Positions 45,455-55,339 of a DNA stretch of 64,000 nucleotides are shown piece by piece. Under the pieces are notes generated by a model. The model was given only the letters and a program-made list of their open reading frames with translations, did not search any database and was not told the origin of the DNA. The translations under genes were made by a program, and so were the position numbers. How positions within the stretch are numbered: the first letter of the stretch is position 1; each line of letters opens with the position of its first letter. The stretch comes from an uncultured bacterium. Lineage in GTDB: Bacteria > Patescibacteriota > Minisyncoccia > Phycocordibacterales > UBA11359. The stretch is taken from contig CAIKZC010000009.1 of assembly GCA_903831815.1 (NCBI GenBank), forward strand, positions 5,576 through 69,575, read 5' to 3'.

Positions 45455-46066
45455 TTATCTACTATAAAATTCGAGCACTGCTTTTGGGTCAAAAAGCAAA
45501 TCGCCCGCTGTGACTTTTGGTACACCTTGTACTTTGGCCGACCTTTTTTCTAGATCAAAACTCAACCACGCTGGTGTGGTATAGGTTTTATGTCTCTCTT
45601 CTAACGTTTCAAAAAGTTTTGATTTTAAACTATTTACTCGCACACCGATGACATCTCCAACGCTGGCTTGCATTGAAGGCACGGTAACTCGGCGACCGTT
45701 TACGGTAATATGACCATGGGAAACCATTTGTCGAGCAAAGCGGCGTGTGACGGCTAGACCGGTTCGGAAGACAATATTATCTAATCGGTTCTCAAGCGTT
45801 TCGATCAATTTTTCAGATTGATTGACGCCTTTGGTTGCCAGGATGTGTTTTACATATTTGCTGAATTGTCGGTCATTGATACCGTAGGTGTAACGAGCTT
45901 TTTGTTTTTCATCGAGCTGACGACCGAAGTTAGTCTTGGCTTTTGGACGACCCTTGTCGGCTTTTGATTTTCGAGTAAGAGAAAGAACGTACTTTGGGGT
46001 TTGAGTTTTCTCAAATACCGGAGCATTGAGACGTCGAGCAATTTTGTATTTTGGTCCTATTATCAT
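45455..46066 (-). CDS. rpsD: 30S ribosomal protein S4
   Basis: N-terminal KYKIARRL and an S4 RNA-binding domain. Confidence 0.9.
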   Translation of the reverse strand: MIIGPKYKIARRLNAPVFEKTQTPKYVLSLTRKSKADKGRPKAKTNFGRQLDEKQKARYTYGINDRQFSKYVKHILATKGVNQSEKLIETLENRLDNIVFRTGLAVTRRFARQMVSHGHITVNGRRVTVPSMQASVGDVIGVRVNSLKSKLFETLEERHKTYTTPAWLSFDLEKRSAKVQGVPKVTAGDLLFDPKAVLEFYSR

Positions 46067-46101
46067 ATATATGTATAGAAATTATCTTAAGATAGTGTAC
46101 C

Positions 46102-46545
46102 CTACACTCGGCGAGGCTTTTTGGCCTGCGGTCCATTAAATGGTACTGGGGTCATGTCGGTAATAGAAGTAATGTTGATGCCTTTTGAGATAAAACCACG
46201 AATCGCTGATTCTCGGCCTGATCCCACTCCGCAAACAACAACGGCAACTTCTTTAACACCCAATTCCTGTGCTTTTGCACCAAGCGTTTCACCTACCTTA
46301 GCAGCCGCAAAAGGAGTACCTTTCTTAGCGCCTCGAAATCCTAGAGCGCCACTTGAAGACGACATCAAAACATTGCCGGCTCGGTCGCTAACGGAAACCA
46401 AAGTGTTATTGTAAGTCGATTGAACATACAATTTACCTGAATCAACACGCTTTTTAGAAGATTTAATAGGCACCTTAACAGCCTCGGCGGTACCCGCGGT
46501 CTTTGCTTCAGCTTCTCCTTTTGTAATGATTCGTTTCTTTCCCAT
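46102..46545 (-). CDS. rpsK: 30S ribosomal protein S11
   Basis: VKEVAVVVCGVGSGRESAIRG, the S11 signature. Confidence 0.9.
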   Translation of the reverse strand: MGKKRIITKGEAEAKTAGTAEAVKVPIKSSKKRVDSGKLYVQSTYNNTLVSVSDRAGNVLMSSSSGALGFRGAKKGTPFAAAKVGETLGAKAQELGVKEVAVVVCGVGSGRESAIRGFISKGINITSITDMTPVPFNGPQAKKPRRV

Positions 46546-46548
46546 ATA

Positions 46549-46926
46549 TTATTTCTTTTCTTCTTTCTTACGTCCGGAACCCATAGTCTTCTTCGGTCCT
46601 TTAAGTGTTCTCGCATTCGTCTTGGTTCTTTGTCCGCGAGCCGGAAGTCTCTTGGTGTGTCGACTGCCTCGGTATGATTTGATGTCTTTGAGACGCTTGA
46701 TGTTGTTGGCTACTTCTCGTTTCAAATCTCCTTCAATTTTATATGACTCGATGATGCTGCGAATCTTGTTTTCTTGATCGGGAGTCAAAGTCTTGGCTTT
46801 AATGCCGAAATCAACGCCGGCTTTTTTCAAAATTTCCTGTGAGCGAGCGCGACCAATACCGTAAAGTACCGTGAGGGCCATCTCTAGTCGTTTTTCATCT
46901 GGAATGTTTATACCTAAAATTCTCAT
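46549..46926 (-). CDS. rpsM: 30S ribosomal protein S13
   Basis: MRILGINIPDEKRLEMALTVLYGIGRARS matches the S13 N-terminus. Confidence 0.9.
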   Translation of the reverse strand: MRILGINIPDEKRLEMALTVLYGIGRARSQEILKKAGVDFGIKAKTLTPDQENKIRSIIESYKIEGDLKREVANNIKRLKDIKSYRGSRHTKRLPARGQRTKTNARTLKGPKKTMGSGRKKEEKK

Positions 46927-46948
46927 ACAGTAATATTAAAAATAAAAA

Positions 46949-47065
46949 CTAACCCTGACGCTGCTTGTGACGAGGGTTGGCTTTGCAAATAACATATACG
47001 TAGCCTTTTCTTCGGACTACCTTACACTTTGCGCAGATTTTCTTGATTGATGTTTTAACTCTCAT
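46949..47065 (-). CDS. rpmJ: 50S ribosomal protein L36 (38 aa), not in the ORF track
   Basis: Minus-strand translation [38 protein letters not shown] with the L36 Cys motif (C..C ... C); sits between infA and rpsM as expected. Confidence 0.8.
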   Translation of the reverse strand: MRVKTSIKKICAKCKVVRRKGYVYVICKANPRHKQRQG

Positions 47066-47121
47066 ACAAACGAGCACTATAGCATAAGCAGGGTTTCCTG
47101 TCTATGTTTTGTCATAGTTTA

Positions 47122-47355
47122 TTATAATCTCCTAGTAATTCTGCCTCGTCCACCGTAGGGATCGAGTTCTACTTCCACTTTATCACCTATCAAAACCCGG
47201 ATTCGATGCATTCGCATTTTACCGGCCAAATACGCAAGCATTTCCTCTTCTTTTCCATCAAATTTCACTTTAAAAAGTGTGTTTGGTAACGCCTCGGTGA
47301 CGACACCAACGGCGGAAGAGCTTTTTTGTTTATTCTCAGTATTCTGTTCTGACAT
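47122..47355 (-). CDS. infA: Translation initiation factor IF-1
   Basis: S1-like [47 protein letters not shown]. Confidence 0.9.
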   Translation of the reverse strand: MSEQNTENKQKSSSAVGVVTEALPNTLFKVKFDGKEEEMLAYLAGKMRMHRIRVLIGDKVEVELDPYGGRGRITRRL

Positions 47356-47447
47356 TGCTAATTAAATGTGCGTAGGGAGTATTGTAACAAACTCCGCCTT
47401 TTTTGTAAAGGGAAATAAAGGCTTTTTGTAAATATCCGGCAATTCGG

Positions 47448-48773
47448 TTAATTCGCTACTTCAATTTTGATTTTTGATGCTTCTAACGGAAGAGATGTTT
47501 TCCAGAAAGGTTTTAATGATACTTTAACATTATCGATAGTTGGAAAATTGACCACGACGTTTTGCAGGTCCGATTTTGAAATACCTTTGATATCCTGAGC
47601 GAATTTATTTGTATCAACCACACCAACCAAATCGATCGGTCCGGACAAAGTAAATGTGATCGTTTTTGTCGGCCATGTTGAAGTTGACGAAGCAGTGGAA
47701 ATAAAATGCAAACTTTCCAAACCGCGAATTTCCGCACTGTTGCCCGCCCTCGCACCAACCAGATCCAACGAATTGCCGGCTAAAATTTTACTGACCGCTT
47801 TTTTGTCAAAAACTACGGATGAAATTGTCCCCTGTTCATTTAGAACAACGTGTTGTGCATCCGATCCGGCGCTATCAGCCAAATGTGTGAATGAAATCTT
47901 GCTTGCCGAATCAAATATTACCGAGTTCACGGTTTTCTGAGCTTGAACTTGTCGCAATAATTGTTGCTTTAAACGTGCTTCCATTTTATCTTGAGCAATT
48001 TGTCGATCTGAAGGAGAGACTCCAAAACTGTTTTCGTCGGCGCCACCAATCATTGCCGTTTTAGAACGCGCAAATATTTTTGCGAAACGATTGGCATCAT
48101 TGGCAAAACCGGGAATGGTAAAGTCGACGAGATCGATATTGTATTTCGAACCGGTTTGATCGGCAAAAACGGTAACAGACAAACTACCCGGCACGGATTT
48201 ACCGTTGACGACATGAGTTCCAGGGACGTTAATCGTATTTTGAATGCGATAGATCAAACCGTCCGGTGTTTGGAATCGCGTATTTTTGACCAGGGTTTGT
48301 GACGCACTCGAATAATTGTTGAAGATCGTGATCTGACCGGAAGCTTTAGTCGGTTTAGATGCAACCGTACCTGTGGAAGTGGAGATTTCACTTTCTTTCG
48401 CACTCAAAGTGATGATCTGATAGGTCAAAGCATCTGGTGTGGTCGTCGCGTCAAACAAAGCCGTGAGCTTGGAATCGATTTGTAGGATCGTTTTTTTGGG
48501 AGTCACCGTGACCGAAGCACTTACCAAAAATTGCATAACGAGAAACAAGACGGCAATAAGCAAGATCGGTATGCAGAACCAGATCCATTTTTTCCCAAGA
48601 TTAAAATTCTTTTTATGATGCTTTTTTAACTTGGCCGGAGAATCCGCAATAGATGCGGTATTATGTTTGCGACTTAATCTTTCTATCAGAAAATCTCTTT
48701 CGCGACGAGTCGGTTCGTCACTCTTACTCGAATTTTTAGACACAACGTCTTGTGTAGAAATCTTTCTAATCAT
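47448..48773 (-). CDS. Hypothetical single-TM protein with a large extracytoplasmic domain
   Basis: Basic cytoplasmic N-terminus, TM (WIWFCIPILLIAVLFLVMQFLV), and a Ser/Thr-rich ectodomain; no recognisable family. Confidence 0.4.
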   Translation of the reverse strand: MIRKISTQDVVSKNSSKSDEPTRRERDFLIERLSRKHNTASIADSPAKLKKHHKKNFNLGKKWIWFCIPILLIAVLFLVMQFLVSASVTVTPKKTILQIDSKLTALFDATTTPDALTYQIITLSAKESEISTSTGTVASKPTKASGQITIFNNYSSASQTLVKNTRFQTPDGLIYRIQNTINVPGTHVVNGKSVPGSLSVTVFADQTGSKYNIDLVDFTIPGFANDANRFAKIFARSKTAMIGGADENSFGVSPSDRQIAQDKMEARLKQQLLRQVQAQKTVNSVIFDSASKISFTHLADSAGSDAQHVVLNEQGTISSVVFDKKAVSKILAGNSLDLVGARAGNSAEIRGLESLHFISTASSTSTWPTKTITFTLSGPIDLVGVVDTNKFAQDIKGISKSDLQNVVVNFPTIDNVKVSLKPFWKTSLPLEASKIKIEVAN

Positions 48774-48780
48774 AAATAAC

Positions 48781-49893
48781 TTATATCATTGTAACAAAAA
48801 TAGATTCAAGAGCAAGGAATTGGTCGGTCGGCACCGAATTTTTATCCAGAAAATTTTTCACGTTTAGATTTTTTAACAAATGAACGGTCTGATTTTGATT
48901 TAACTCCGCGAACATTTTATCGAAAAATACTTCGACATCGAGGTCCGAGATCAAAAATATCGTTTCAGGCACGCTCGGTCTACCATAAATTTCAAGGATG
49001 GCATTATTGAAACTATCGATCCATATTTTTTTGAATTTTTCGGCCGACTCCATTACTTTATCCTGCGTCGTCGGAAGAACCTTGTCCTCAAATGTGGCGC
49101 TGACCAAAAATAGCGAAGCCGGCAGTGAATTTCCCGACCCATCCGAGACCGCTTTTATCAAAGCCGTCTTGCCCGGAGAAAATGAGAGATTTTTAGTCAG
49201 CGCGCCATCAACGACGGAAGATAGATCAGTCACCTCGCCGCGAACGTCAACGATCAAAAAATTATGCTCATTCGGCATGATCCCCGACATAGCGCCAAAT
49301 ACAGCCAACGAAAAAGACGACATTTCATTGCGTCTGACATGAAAATGTTTTTCAACAACTCTGCGCACTGATTCCAGAATGTCTTTTTGAACGATGCTGG
49401 CAAAAAATGCCACCTCCACCGTTTTTGCTTTTTTATTATACGGATTTGGCGTGTCATATCCGTTCAATCTGATACGAATTATTTTATGCTCGATGATCTC
49501 GCTCACGACACTCGAACCTTTCAAATATTCTTCTTCTGCTTGTTGGGTCAACTTTTCGATATCATGTTTCGCGACCTGAAACAGCGCGTCTTTCTCGACT
49601 TTCAAAAATTTCGTTTCAGAAGTGCACCAAGGCGATGAAAAAATAATGTGTGATTTATCAAAAGGTGTATGTTGTTTGATAACGGCTTCCATGGTCAGCT
49701 CGAGCGCCTGCACCGTGCTGGCAACCGAGTGACTCCTTTCCGCTTCACTTAGTAACGCTATAGGCGAACGAGTACAAAAAACTATTTTGGGCGATTCGTT
49801 TTCGGTAACGGAAACGAGGGCCGCGCCGACGCTACTACTACCTATATCTATAGTGAGAATCGTTTGTCCCTTTTTTTGTTTTGAAAAAAACAT
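48781..49893 (-). CDS. Actin-fold ATPase of the FtsA/PilM family
   Basis: Phosphate-1 TIDIGSSSVGAALV and phosphate-2 FLIVDVRGEVTDLSSV; SFSPGKTALIKAVS resembles the adenosine motif. Confidence 0.5.
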   Translation of the reverse strand: MFFSKQKKGQTILTIDIGSSSVGAALVSVTENESPKIVFCTRSPIALLSEAERSHSVASTVQALELTMEAVIKQHTPFDKSHIIFSSPWCTSETKFLKVEKDALFQVAKHDIEKLTQQAEEEYLKGSSVVSEIIEHKIIRIRLNGYDTPNPYNKKAKTVEVAFFASIVQKDILESVRRVVEKHFHVRRNEMSSFSLAVFGAMSGIMPNEHNFLIVDVRGEVTDLSSVVDGALTKNLSFSPGKTALIKAVSDGSGNSLPASLFLVSATFEDKVLPTTQDKVMESAEKFKKIWIDSFNNAILEIYGRPSVPETIFLISDLDVEVFFDKMFAELNQNQTVHLLKNLNVKNFLDKNSVPTDQFLALESIFVTMI

Positions 49894-49978
49894 ATTTTTT
49901 GAGCGATCAATTGATTAATTCAGTATATCATGAACATAAGCCCGGATCGTATGTGGACAACCTAATCTAAATGATCGT

Positions 49979-50344
49979 CTAATTTAGGCCGTGGCAGTTT
50001 AACGAGGGTTTGTATCCGGATTTTTCGGCAGCGCTTCGAGTTGCAAACCAAACCTTATTTTTATCCTTGATTCTTTCGGCAATTCCGCACCATGGAAAAT
50101 AATATGAACCTCCGTTCTTTGAAGCGACGTAACTTCCCTCTTTTCCACTTAAGTTCGTGGAAAAAGCCTCCTCTGCAATGCTTACATTGAACATTCTTTG
50201 AACATTAAATAGATTTACTAACCGCACAGAACCGATAAGCAAAATCGTGAGCATAAATAAGCTAACGACAACGAAAATCGGCCATTTTTGAAGGCTTTCC
50301 ATCAAAGACTTGCTTTTTTCCAGTTTTTCTTTTATACTCGGCAT
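49979..50344 (-). CDS. Membrane-anchored protein with an Ada-like zinc-binding (Ada_Zn_binding-like) C-terminal domain
   Basis: [46 protein letters not shown] resembles the Ada N-terminal Cys4 fold. The ATG at 50344 avoids overlap with rpmA. Confidence 0.35.
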   Translation of the reverse strand: MPSIKEKLEKSKSLMESLQKWPIFVVVSLFMLTILLIGSVRLVNLFNVQRMFNVSIAEEAFSTNLSGKEGSYVASKNGGSYYFPWCGIAERIKDKNKVWFATRSAAEKSGYKPSLNCHGLN

Positions 50345-50370
50345 TACACTATTTATTATATCAGACCTAT

Positions 50371-50652
50371 ATGGCACATAAAAAAGCTGGTGGATCAACA
50401 AAAAACCTACGTGACTCAAACCCAAAGTTTTTGGGTGTGAAGCTCAATGATGGCGCAACCGCACAAGCGGGCTCCGTTATCATTCGTCAGCGTGGCACAA
50501 AATTCATGGCCGGCAAGAATGTTGGCATGGGCCGAGATCATACTCTCTTTTCTCTTGGCGCAGGTAAAGTTGAAATCAAAAACAAAAGAAAAAATAACTT
50601 CGACGGTTCAATAAGTACTCAAAAAATCGTCCACGTTGTAGAAGTGAAGTAA
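50371..50652 (+). CDS. rpmA: 50S ribosomal protein L27
   Basis: [24 protein letters not shown], the L27 signature. Confidence 0.9.
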   Translation: MAHKKAGGSTKNLRDSNPKFLGVKLNDGATAQAGSVIIRQRGTKFMAGKNVGMGRDHTLFSLGAGKVEIKNKRKNNFDGSISTQKIVHVVEVK

Positions 50653-50697
50653 ACAAAATAAAAAAACATCTTCGAACGAAGATGTTTTTTTATTTTG
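50653..50697. terminator. Bidirectional intrinsic terminator with extended A/T-rich palindromic arms
   Basis: CAAAATAAAAAAACATCTTCG-aa-CGAAGATGTTTTTTTATTTTG. Confidence 0.7.
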
Positions 50698-50698
50698 T

Positions 50699-53086
50699 TT
50701 AATAATTATTAAGAATGTACTTCCTCGTAATCGGTCCGAAGTAACCACTGGCCGGTGTGATGCCGTGTGCTTTCTGAAATTTGATGAGGGCCGTATGGGT
50801 AGCGGAACCGAAGTAATTGGTCTCGTGGTGAGGAGAACCGGCACCGGTTTTGGCAACGATGAAACCATAAGAGTTTAGGAACTGTTGGAGAGCCAGAATA
50901 GAAGTGTCAGTTTGACCGAATTTTAAATCGTGACTATTTATTAGAATTGGAGTAAATGAGGAGGATGAAGTTACAGGAGGAGTGGTGGAAGGAGTAACAG
51001 GGGCGGAAACAGTAGGAATGATTGGTAAATTAGTGATATTTGGAGTTTGGATTGTCGCTAGATACGCGGCACGAGCGGCGGGACTAAATCCACCGGAGGA
51101 GTGAACGGGGGTAGGAGGTGTTGATGTAGGTGTCGGTGTTGGAGTTTCTGCAACAGGTTCATTTAATGTGACACTAGAGATGATTGGGGTAACGTTGGTG
51201 TCTGGTGTGGTGAGATTTAAACGGGTTTGAAACCAAGCGGAGTTGCTAGGAACAGTGAATGGACAATGTGAAGAGGAACAAGCGTCACTCCAACTTCCCC
51301 AGGCACTGTCAGGGAAAGTGATAATAAAGTTTCTAATGTCCAGACTGTCGCTAGAAAGAGCTTCGCTGGGATAATCAACTTCAAAACCCATATTAGTAAT
51401 AGGCTTATCAATGGCAAAGGTCATAGTTTTCCATTCATTATCAGAAAGAGCAGTAACGCCATAATCGTTATCATAATCACCGGTATAAAGCCAGAAAGCA
51501 CTGGCTGTACCATGGGATCGGACCTGTATAGAAATCGTGGAACCCGCAGGAACCGGTGATTCCTCGGTGTAACCAGTGTCAATCCATATATAATTAGCAA
51601 CATCTATCGTTGGATCAGCTAAAGTTAGAATACCACCACTTTCTGTTATGGCGTTATATGGAGCTCCATAATCAAATAAGTCAACAATTTTTGAATTGGC
51701 TACCAAATCGGCGAAATCAGCGTGCCATACAGCGTTAGAGTCCCCCGTTCTTGATTGAACACTTACCTCCCCACTACCAGTATTGTTAATTGAGATGTTG
51801 GAAAAAGGAGTGGAAGAAGAAATGGAAATTGGAAGTGTATTGAAACTGCCGGAAGGAAAATATTGAGTTGTGCCGGCAGCTTCTGTTTTTGCGTCAATAA
51901 CAATAACACCGGCCCATCCAGTATTGACATACAAAAGGCTAGAGGAAGCATCAAGGAAGGAAGAATGAACATAGCTATCACCGATACTCAGAGAAGAGGT
52001 GTTGGTGTAATTTTTTACCAAGGTATTTGTTTCTGTGTTAATAACATTAAGACCACCGAGCACCGTACTCACATATAAAAGACTGGAGGAGGAGGCGAAA
52101 AAGGATGATAAAACATTGTTGTCCGCAATCGCCGGAGTGGAAGTGGTTGTATAATTCTTTACCAATGTATTCGTTTTGGTATTAATAACGGATAGACCAC
52201 CACCCCACGTACTCACATATAAATAACCTGAAGAGGTGTCGAGGAAGGAGGATTTTACCTCATTGTTTACAATCGCCGGAGTGGTAGCGGTGGTATAAGT
52301 TTTTACTAATGTATTGGTATTTGTGTTAATAACAGAAACACCACCTTGAGTGCTCACATATAAAAGGCTAGAAGAGGCGTCGAGGAAAGAATTATTTACG
52401 TATCTGTTTATTATGGCAGGGTTAGTAGCAGAGGTGTACGTTTTTGCCAATGTATCCGTCTTTGTATTAATAACAGAAAGACCATTCCATGTATTTACAT
52501 ACAAGAGGCTGGAAGAGGCGTCGAGGAAGGAGGATTGTACATTATTATTTACAATCGCCGGAGTGGTGGCGGTGGTATAGTTTTTAACTAATGTATCTGT
52601 CTTTGTATTAATGACTGAAAGACCATCTTGCGTACTTACATACAAGAGACTAGAAGAGGCGTCGAAAAAGGAGGACATAATATAGTTGGATATAATCGCC
52701 GGAGATGACGTTTTTGAATAATTTTTTACCAGCGTATTCGTCTTTGTATTAATAACAGAAAGACCATCACTATAAGTACTCACATACAGAAAACTGGAGG
52801 AAGCGTCGAGGAAGGACGAAAAAATTGAATTATCTGCAATTGCGGGGACGGAAGTTTTAGTATAAGTTTTGACATATTTTAAGAGTGTTACATCTTGTGA
52901 CGATCCATCGTATCTTGCTGTACTAGGACTGCCAACAGAATATCCTGTGCTTAAATTTAAATCAGTTGACGTACTTGCCAAAACGGTAGGAGTTATAATA
53001 ATTACACCGACTAATCCAAAAAAAGATAGAAGAAACTTTTTTTTCATGCCATTTATTATAGCAAAAAAACACATATAATTAAACAC
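50699..53086 (-). CDS. Large secreted cell-surface protein: signal peptide, at least 8 YVTN-type beta-propeller repeats, a central domain, a Pro/Thr linker, and a C-terminal peptidoglycan-binding (PG_binding_1-like) domain
   Basis: Repeats of about 48 aa (SSSLLYVST..GLSVINTKTxTLVKxYT.). C-terminal LKFGQTDTSILALQQFLNSYGF...ALIKFQKAHGITPASGYFGPIT matches the PGBD pattern. Confidence 0.6.
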   Translation of the reverse strand: MFNYMCFFAIINGMKKKFLLSFFGLVGVIIITPTVLASTSTDLNLSTGYSVGSPSTARYDGSSQDVTLLKYVKTYTKTSVPAIADNSIFSSFLDASSSFLYVSTYSDGLSVINTKTNTLVKNYSKTSSPAIISNYIMSSFFDASSSLLYVSTQDGLSVINTKTDTLVKNYTTATTPAIVNNNVQSSFLDASSSLLYVNTWNGLSVINTKTDTLAKTYTSATNPAIINRYVNNSFLDASSSLLYVSTQGGVSVINTNTNTLVKTYTTATTPAIVNNEVKSSFLDTSSGYLYVSTWGGGLSVINTKTNTLVKNYTTTSTPAIADNNVLSSFFASSSSLLYVSTVLGGLNVINTETNTLVKNYTNTSSLSIGDSYVHSSFLDASSSLLYVNTGWAGVIVIDAKTEAAGTTQYFPSGSFNTLPISISSSTPFSNISINNTGSGEVSVQSRTGDSNAVWHADFADLVANSKIVDLFDYGAPYNAITESGGILTLADPTIDVANYIWIDTGYTEESPVPAGSTISIQVRSHGTASAFWLYTGDYDNDYGVTALSDNEWKTMTFAIDKPITNMGFEVDYPSEALSSDSLDIRNFIITFPDSAWGSWSDACSSSHCPFTVPSNSAWFQTRLNLTTPDTNVTPIISSVTLNEPVAETPTPTPTSTPPTPVHSSGGFSPAARAAYLATIQTPNITNLPIIPTVSAPVTPSTTPPVTSSSSFTPILINSHDLKFGQTDTSILALQQFLNSYGFIVAKTGAGSPHHETNYFGSATHTALIKFQKAHGITPASGYFGPITRKYILNNY

Positions 53087-53126
53087 AGAATTCTGTGGAT
53101 AACTTTAAAGGTTTTATATATCTAAC

Positions 53127-53570
53127 TTATTCAGCGATAACTTTTAGAGTAAAGATTGCTGACTCCTTTCCGACTTTGATAGTAATTTCGTGATCGCCGG
53201 CTTCTTTGATTGGTTTTTCAACGTGTAAATAGCTGGCCGGAAGTTCTACGTTAGTTTTAGATTTAATGAGTGAACTAACTTGATCGAGGTGGATAGCGGC
53301 AAACAAATGACCTTTTTCGTTAACTTTTTGAATCATTTCAAAAACTTTGCCATGGATTGCTTTGAGGTTTTTAACAATCACTTCTTCTAAGCGTTTCATT
53401 GAGGCTTCAACTGCGGCTTTTTTGGATTCCAAAGACTTAAGAGATGCGGGTGTGGCAATTTCTACCAACCCTTTTGGAATAAGCATATTCAAAGCGTGTC
53501 CGTCGGACACATCTTTTACTTCATATTTCTTACCTAATTTTGCCACATCGGCGTTTAATATCACTTTCAT
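53127..53570 (-). CDS. rplI: 50S ribosomal protein L9
   Basis: MKVILNADVAKLGKKYEVKDVSDGHALNMLIPKG matches the L9 N-terminus; start taken at this ATG. Confidence 0.8.
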   Translation of the reverse strand: MKVILNADVAKLGKKYEVKDVSDGHALNMLIPKGLVEIATPASLKSLESKKAAVEASMKRLEEVIVKNLKAIHGKVFEMIQKVNEKGHLFAAIHLDQVSSLIKSKTNVELPASYLHVEKPIKEAGDHEITIKVGKESAIFTLKVIAE

Positions 53571-53635
53571 AGTACGGTCGATTATACACGAATATATAGA
53601 TTTGTCTAGAAATATTTTCGCATATCCACCAAAAC

Positions 53636-53664
53636 TTGACATATTTGTATAAAGGAAGTATAGT
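53636..53664 (+). promoter_or_regulatory. sigma70-like promoter TTGACA-17-TATAGT
   Basis: Near-consensus hexamers upstream of the GC-shifted two-gene cassette. Confidence 0.5.
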
Positions 53665-53750
53665 ATCTGAGGAAATAAGTACTTTCACATAGATCATAAG
53701 CTGTGTTGGCTTTATGGGAAATGCGGGGAAAAACAACAGGAGTTCTATTT

Positions 53751-54320
53751 ATGTCAGAACAAAACCAAGCGCCAACTGCGCAAGGTCCCGTAACAACGGG
53801 AATTATCGTTCAGAATCGAACCGAGATCATCCATCAGATGATCCACGGTGCGATGACTGAGCATCTCTCAGCAGGCACCCCTCGTTTAGGGGTCAAGCTC
53901 TCTTACATGATCAAGCTTGTGGTAACCCACCGCTTGACCAAAGACGAGGTAGACCAGATCATCTACACTCGGAGCAAGGGTTACGCCAAAGTGGCGACTT
54001 TCCGCAGATACCTGCTGAAAGATTGCTCCGTTCAGGAGATCTACACCGCTATCGAAGCGCGTGAAGAGATCCAGACGGCAACTGGATGCTCGGTCTCGAT
54101 CGGGAAAGTCATCAGGTTCATTAGGCAGTTCGAATCTCTCCTCTCAGCCGATGACGGAGAGAGTGTCGCCGACGCCGTTCTCAAATGCTGCGAAGCATTT
54201 GGTGAAGCGGTCGGAAGATACCTCTACCCGGACCAAGTGATCTCCGCCGTTTGCAAGACGGCTAGGGACCACCAGATCGTATCCTATGAAGAAGTGCTCG
54301 ATCTCATGCAAAAGGGATAG
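53751..54320 (+). CDS. Hypothetical protein; GC-shifted ORFan
   Basis: AGGAG upstream of the ATG at 53751; no recognisable domain. Confidence 0.4.
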   Translation: MSEQNQAPTAQGPVTTGIIVQNRTEIIHQMIHGAMTEHLSAGTPRLGVKLSYMIKLVVTHRLTKDEVDQIIYTRSKGYAKVATFRRYLLKDCSVQEIYTAIEAREEIQTATGCSVSIGKVIRFIRQFESLLSADDGESVADAVLKCCEAFGEAVGRYLYPDQVISAVCKTARDHQIVSYEEVLDLMQKG

Positions 54321-54387
54321 ACTGGTGATTGGGTAATCGGGCGTTGGCATCTGATGCCAACGCCCTTCTCTTTTCAAGGAGACAGAA

Positions 54388-55272
54388 ATGCGAACCGAAA
54401 AAAACCCGTTTGAAACGATAGGGTTGAGCAGTCAAGTGTTAAAGGGACTTAGCACCGAAGAGATCATCGTCCTCGCCAAGCAACTCTATCGCGGCTGGAT
54501 GATGATACGTCACCAAGACCGAGGTGGAAGCCAGCAGGAAAATGCCGCGCTGAATGACGCGATCGCCGAGATCGAAAAACCCGAGTCCGTGATGTTCTGG
54601 GTTGAGGATGCGAAAAAACCCCAACAGAAAAAGCTGCGAGAAACTGCTGACAAGGCAATTGCGTATGCAAATGTCATGGAGCAGAGACTCGTTGAATACC
54701 TTTCCAAAATGGCCAGTTTGCCACAGGCTGTAATTATCGGAGAAGGCAGCATTCTTGTTCATGATGTGATGAGAACGAAAATGCTATCGGACATGATCAA
54801 AAAGTCCGACAGTCGAACGGTGACAAACTTTTCCTATGTGCCGGAAACGTTCTTTGAACTAGAAATCAATCCGGATGGCACACTCCAATGTCACACCCTG
54901 GTTGAAGTCAGGATTCAAGGATCGACGGAAGAGTGCTGGCACGTGGGAACAGCGAAAAAGAGGCTTAGGTTGAAGAGAAGCGGCACCACCAAATCACCTG
55001 ACTACAGACTGGTGGGAACAATCTCCAATCTCGACCTCAACATAAGTCGGGACAAAACCCAGGGTTTTCAATCCCTGTTACCAAGCAGTCAGTACATGGC
55101 CAGCGAGAAGATCACTGACCCGACACGCGGATACTCTCTCGACGAGTTCAGACCTTATCTTGAGAAGCTCTGCCCGAGATTTTCGGACCAGTACGATATT
55201 CTCATTGGAATGGAACCGTTCAGCCAAAAGTTTTTCGTTGTCGGCAGACGAACGATCGGCGAATTCATGTAG
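54388..55272 (+). CDS. Hypothetical protein; GC-shifted ORFan
   Basis: ORF with AAGGAGA 6 nt upstream of the ATG; followed by a strong terminator. Confidence 0.4.
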   Translation: MRTEKNPFETIGLSSQVLKGLSTEEIIVLAKQLYRGWMMIRHQDRGGSQQENAALNDAIAEIEKPESVMFWVEDAKKPQQKKLRETADKAIAYANVMEQRLVEYLSKMASLPQAVIIGEGSILVHDVMRTKMLSDMIKKSDSRTVTNFSYVPETFFELEINPDGTLQCHTLVEVRIQGSTEECWHVGTAKKRLRLKRSGTTKSPDYRLVGTISNLDLNISRDKTQGFQSLLPSSQYMASEKITDPTRGYSLDEFRPYLEKLCPRFSDQYDILIGMEPFSQKFFVVGRRTIGEFM

Positions 55273-55295
55273 TCCAAAAAGTTCATGTCGACAAG

Positions 55296-55325
55296 GCCGC
55301 GGAGTAAAATCCGCGGCTTTTTTTA
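55296..55325 (+). terminator. Intrinsic terminator
   Basis: GCCGCGGA-gtaaaa-TCCGCGGC followed by TTTTTTTT. Confidence 0.65.
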
Positions 55326-55339
55326 TTTAGAAAATTATT

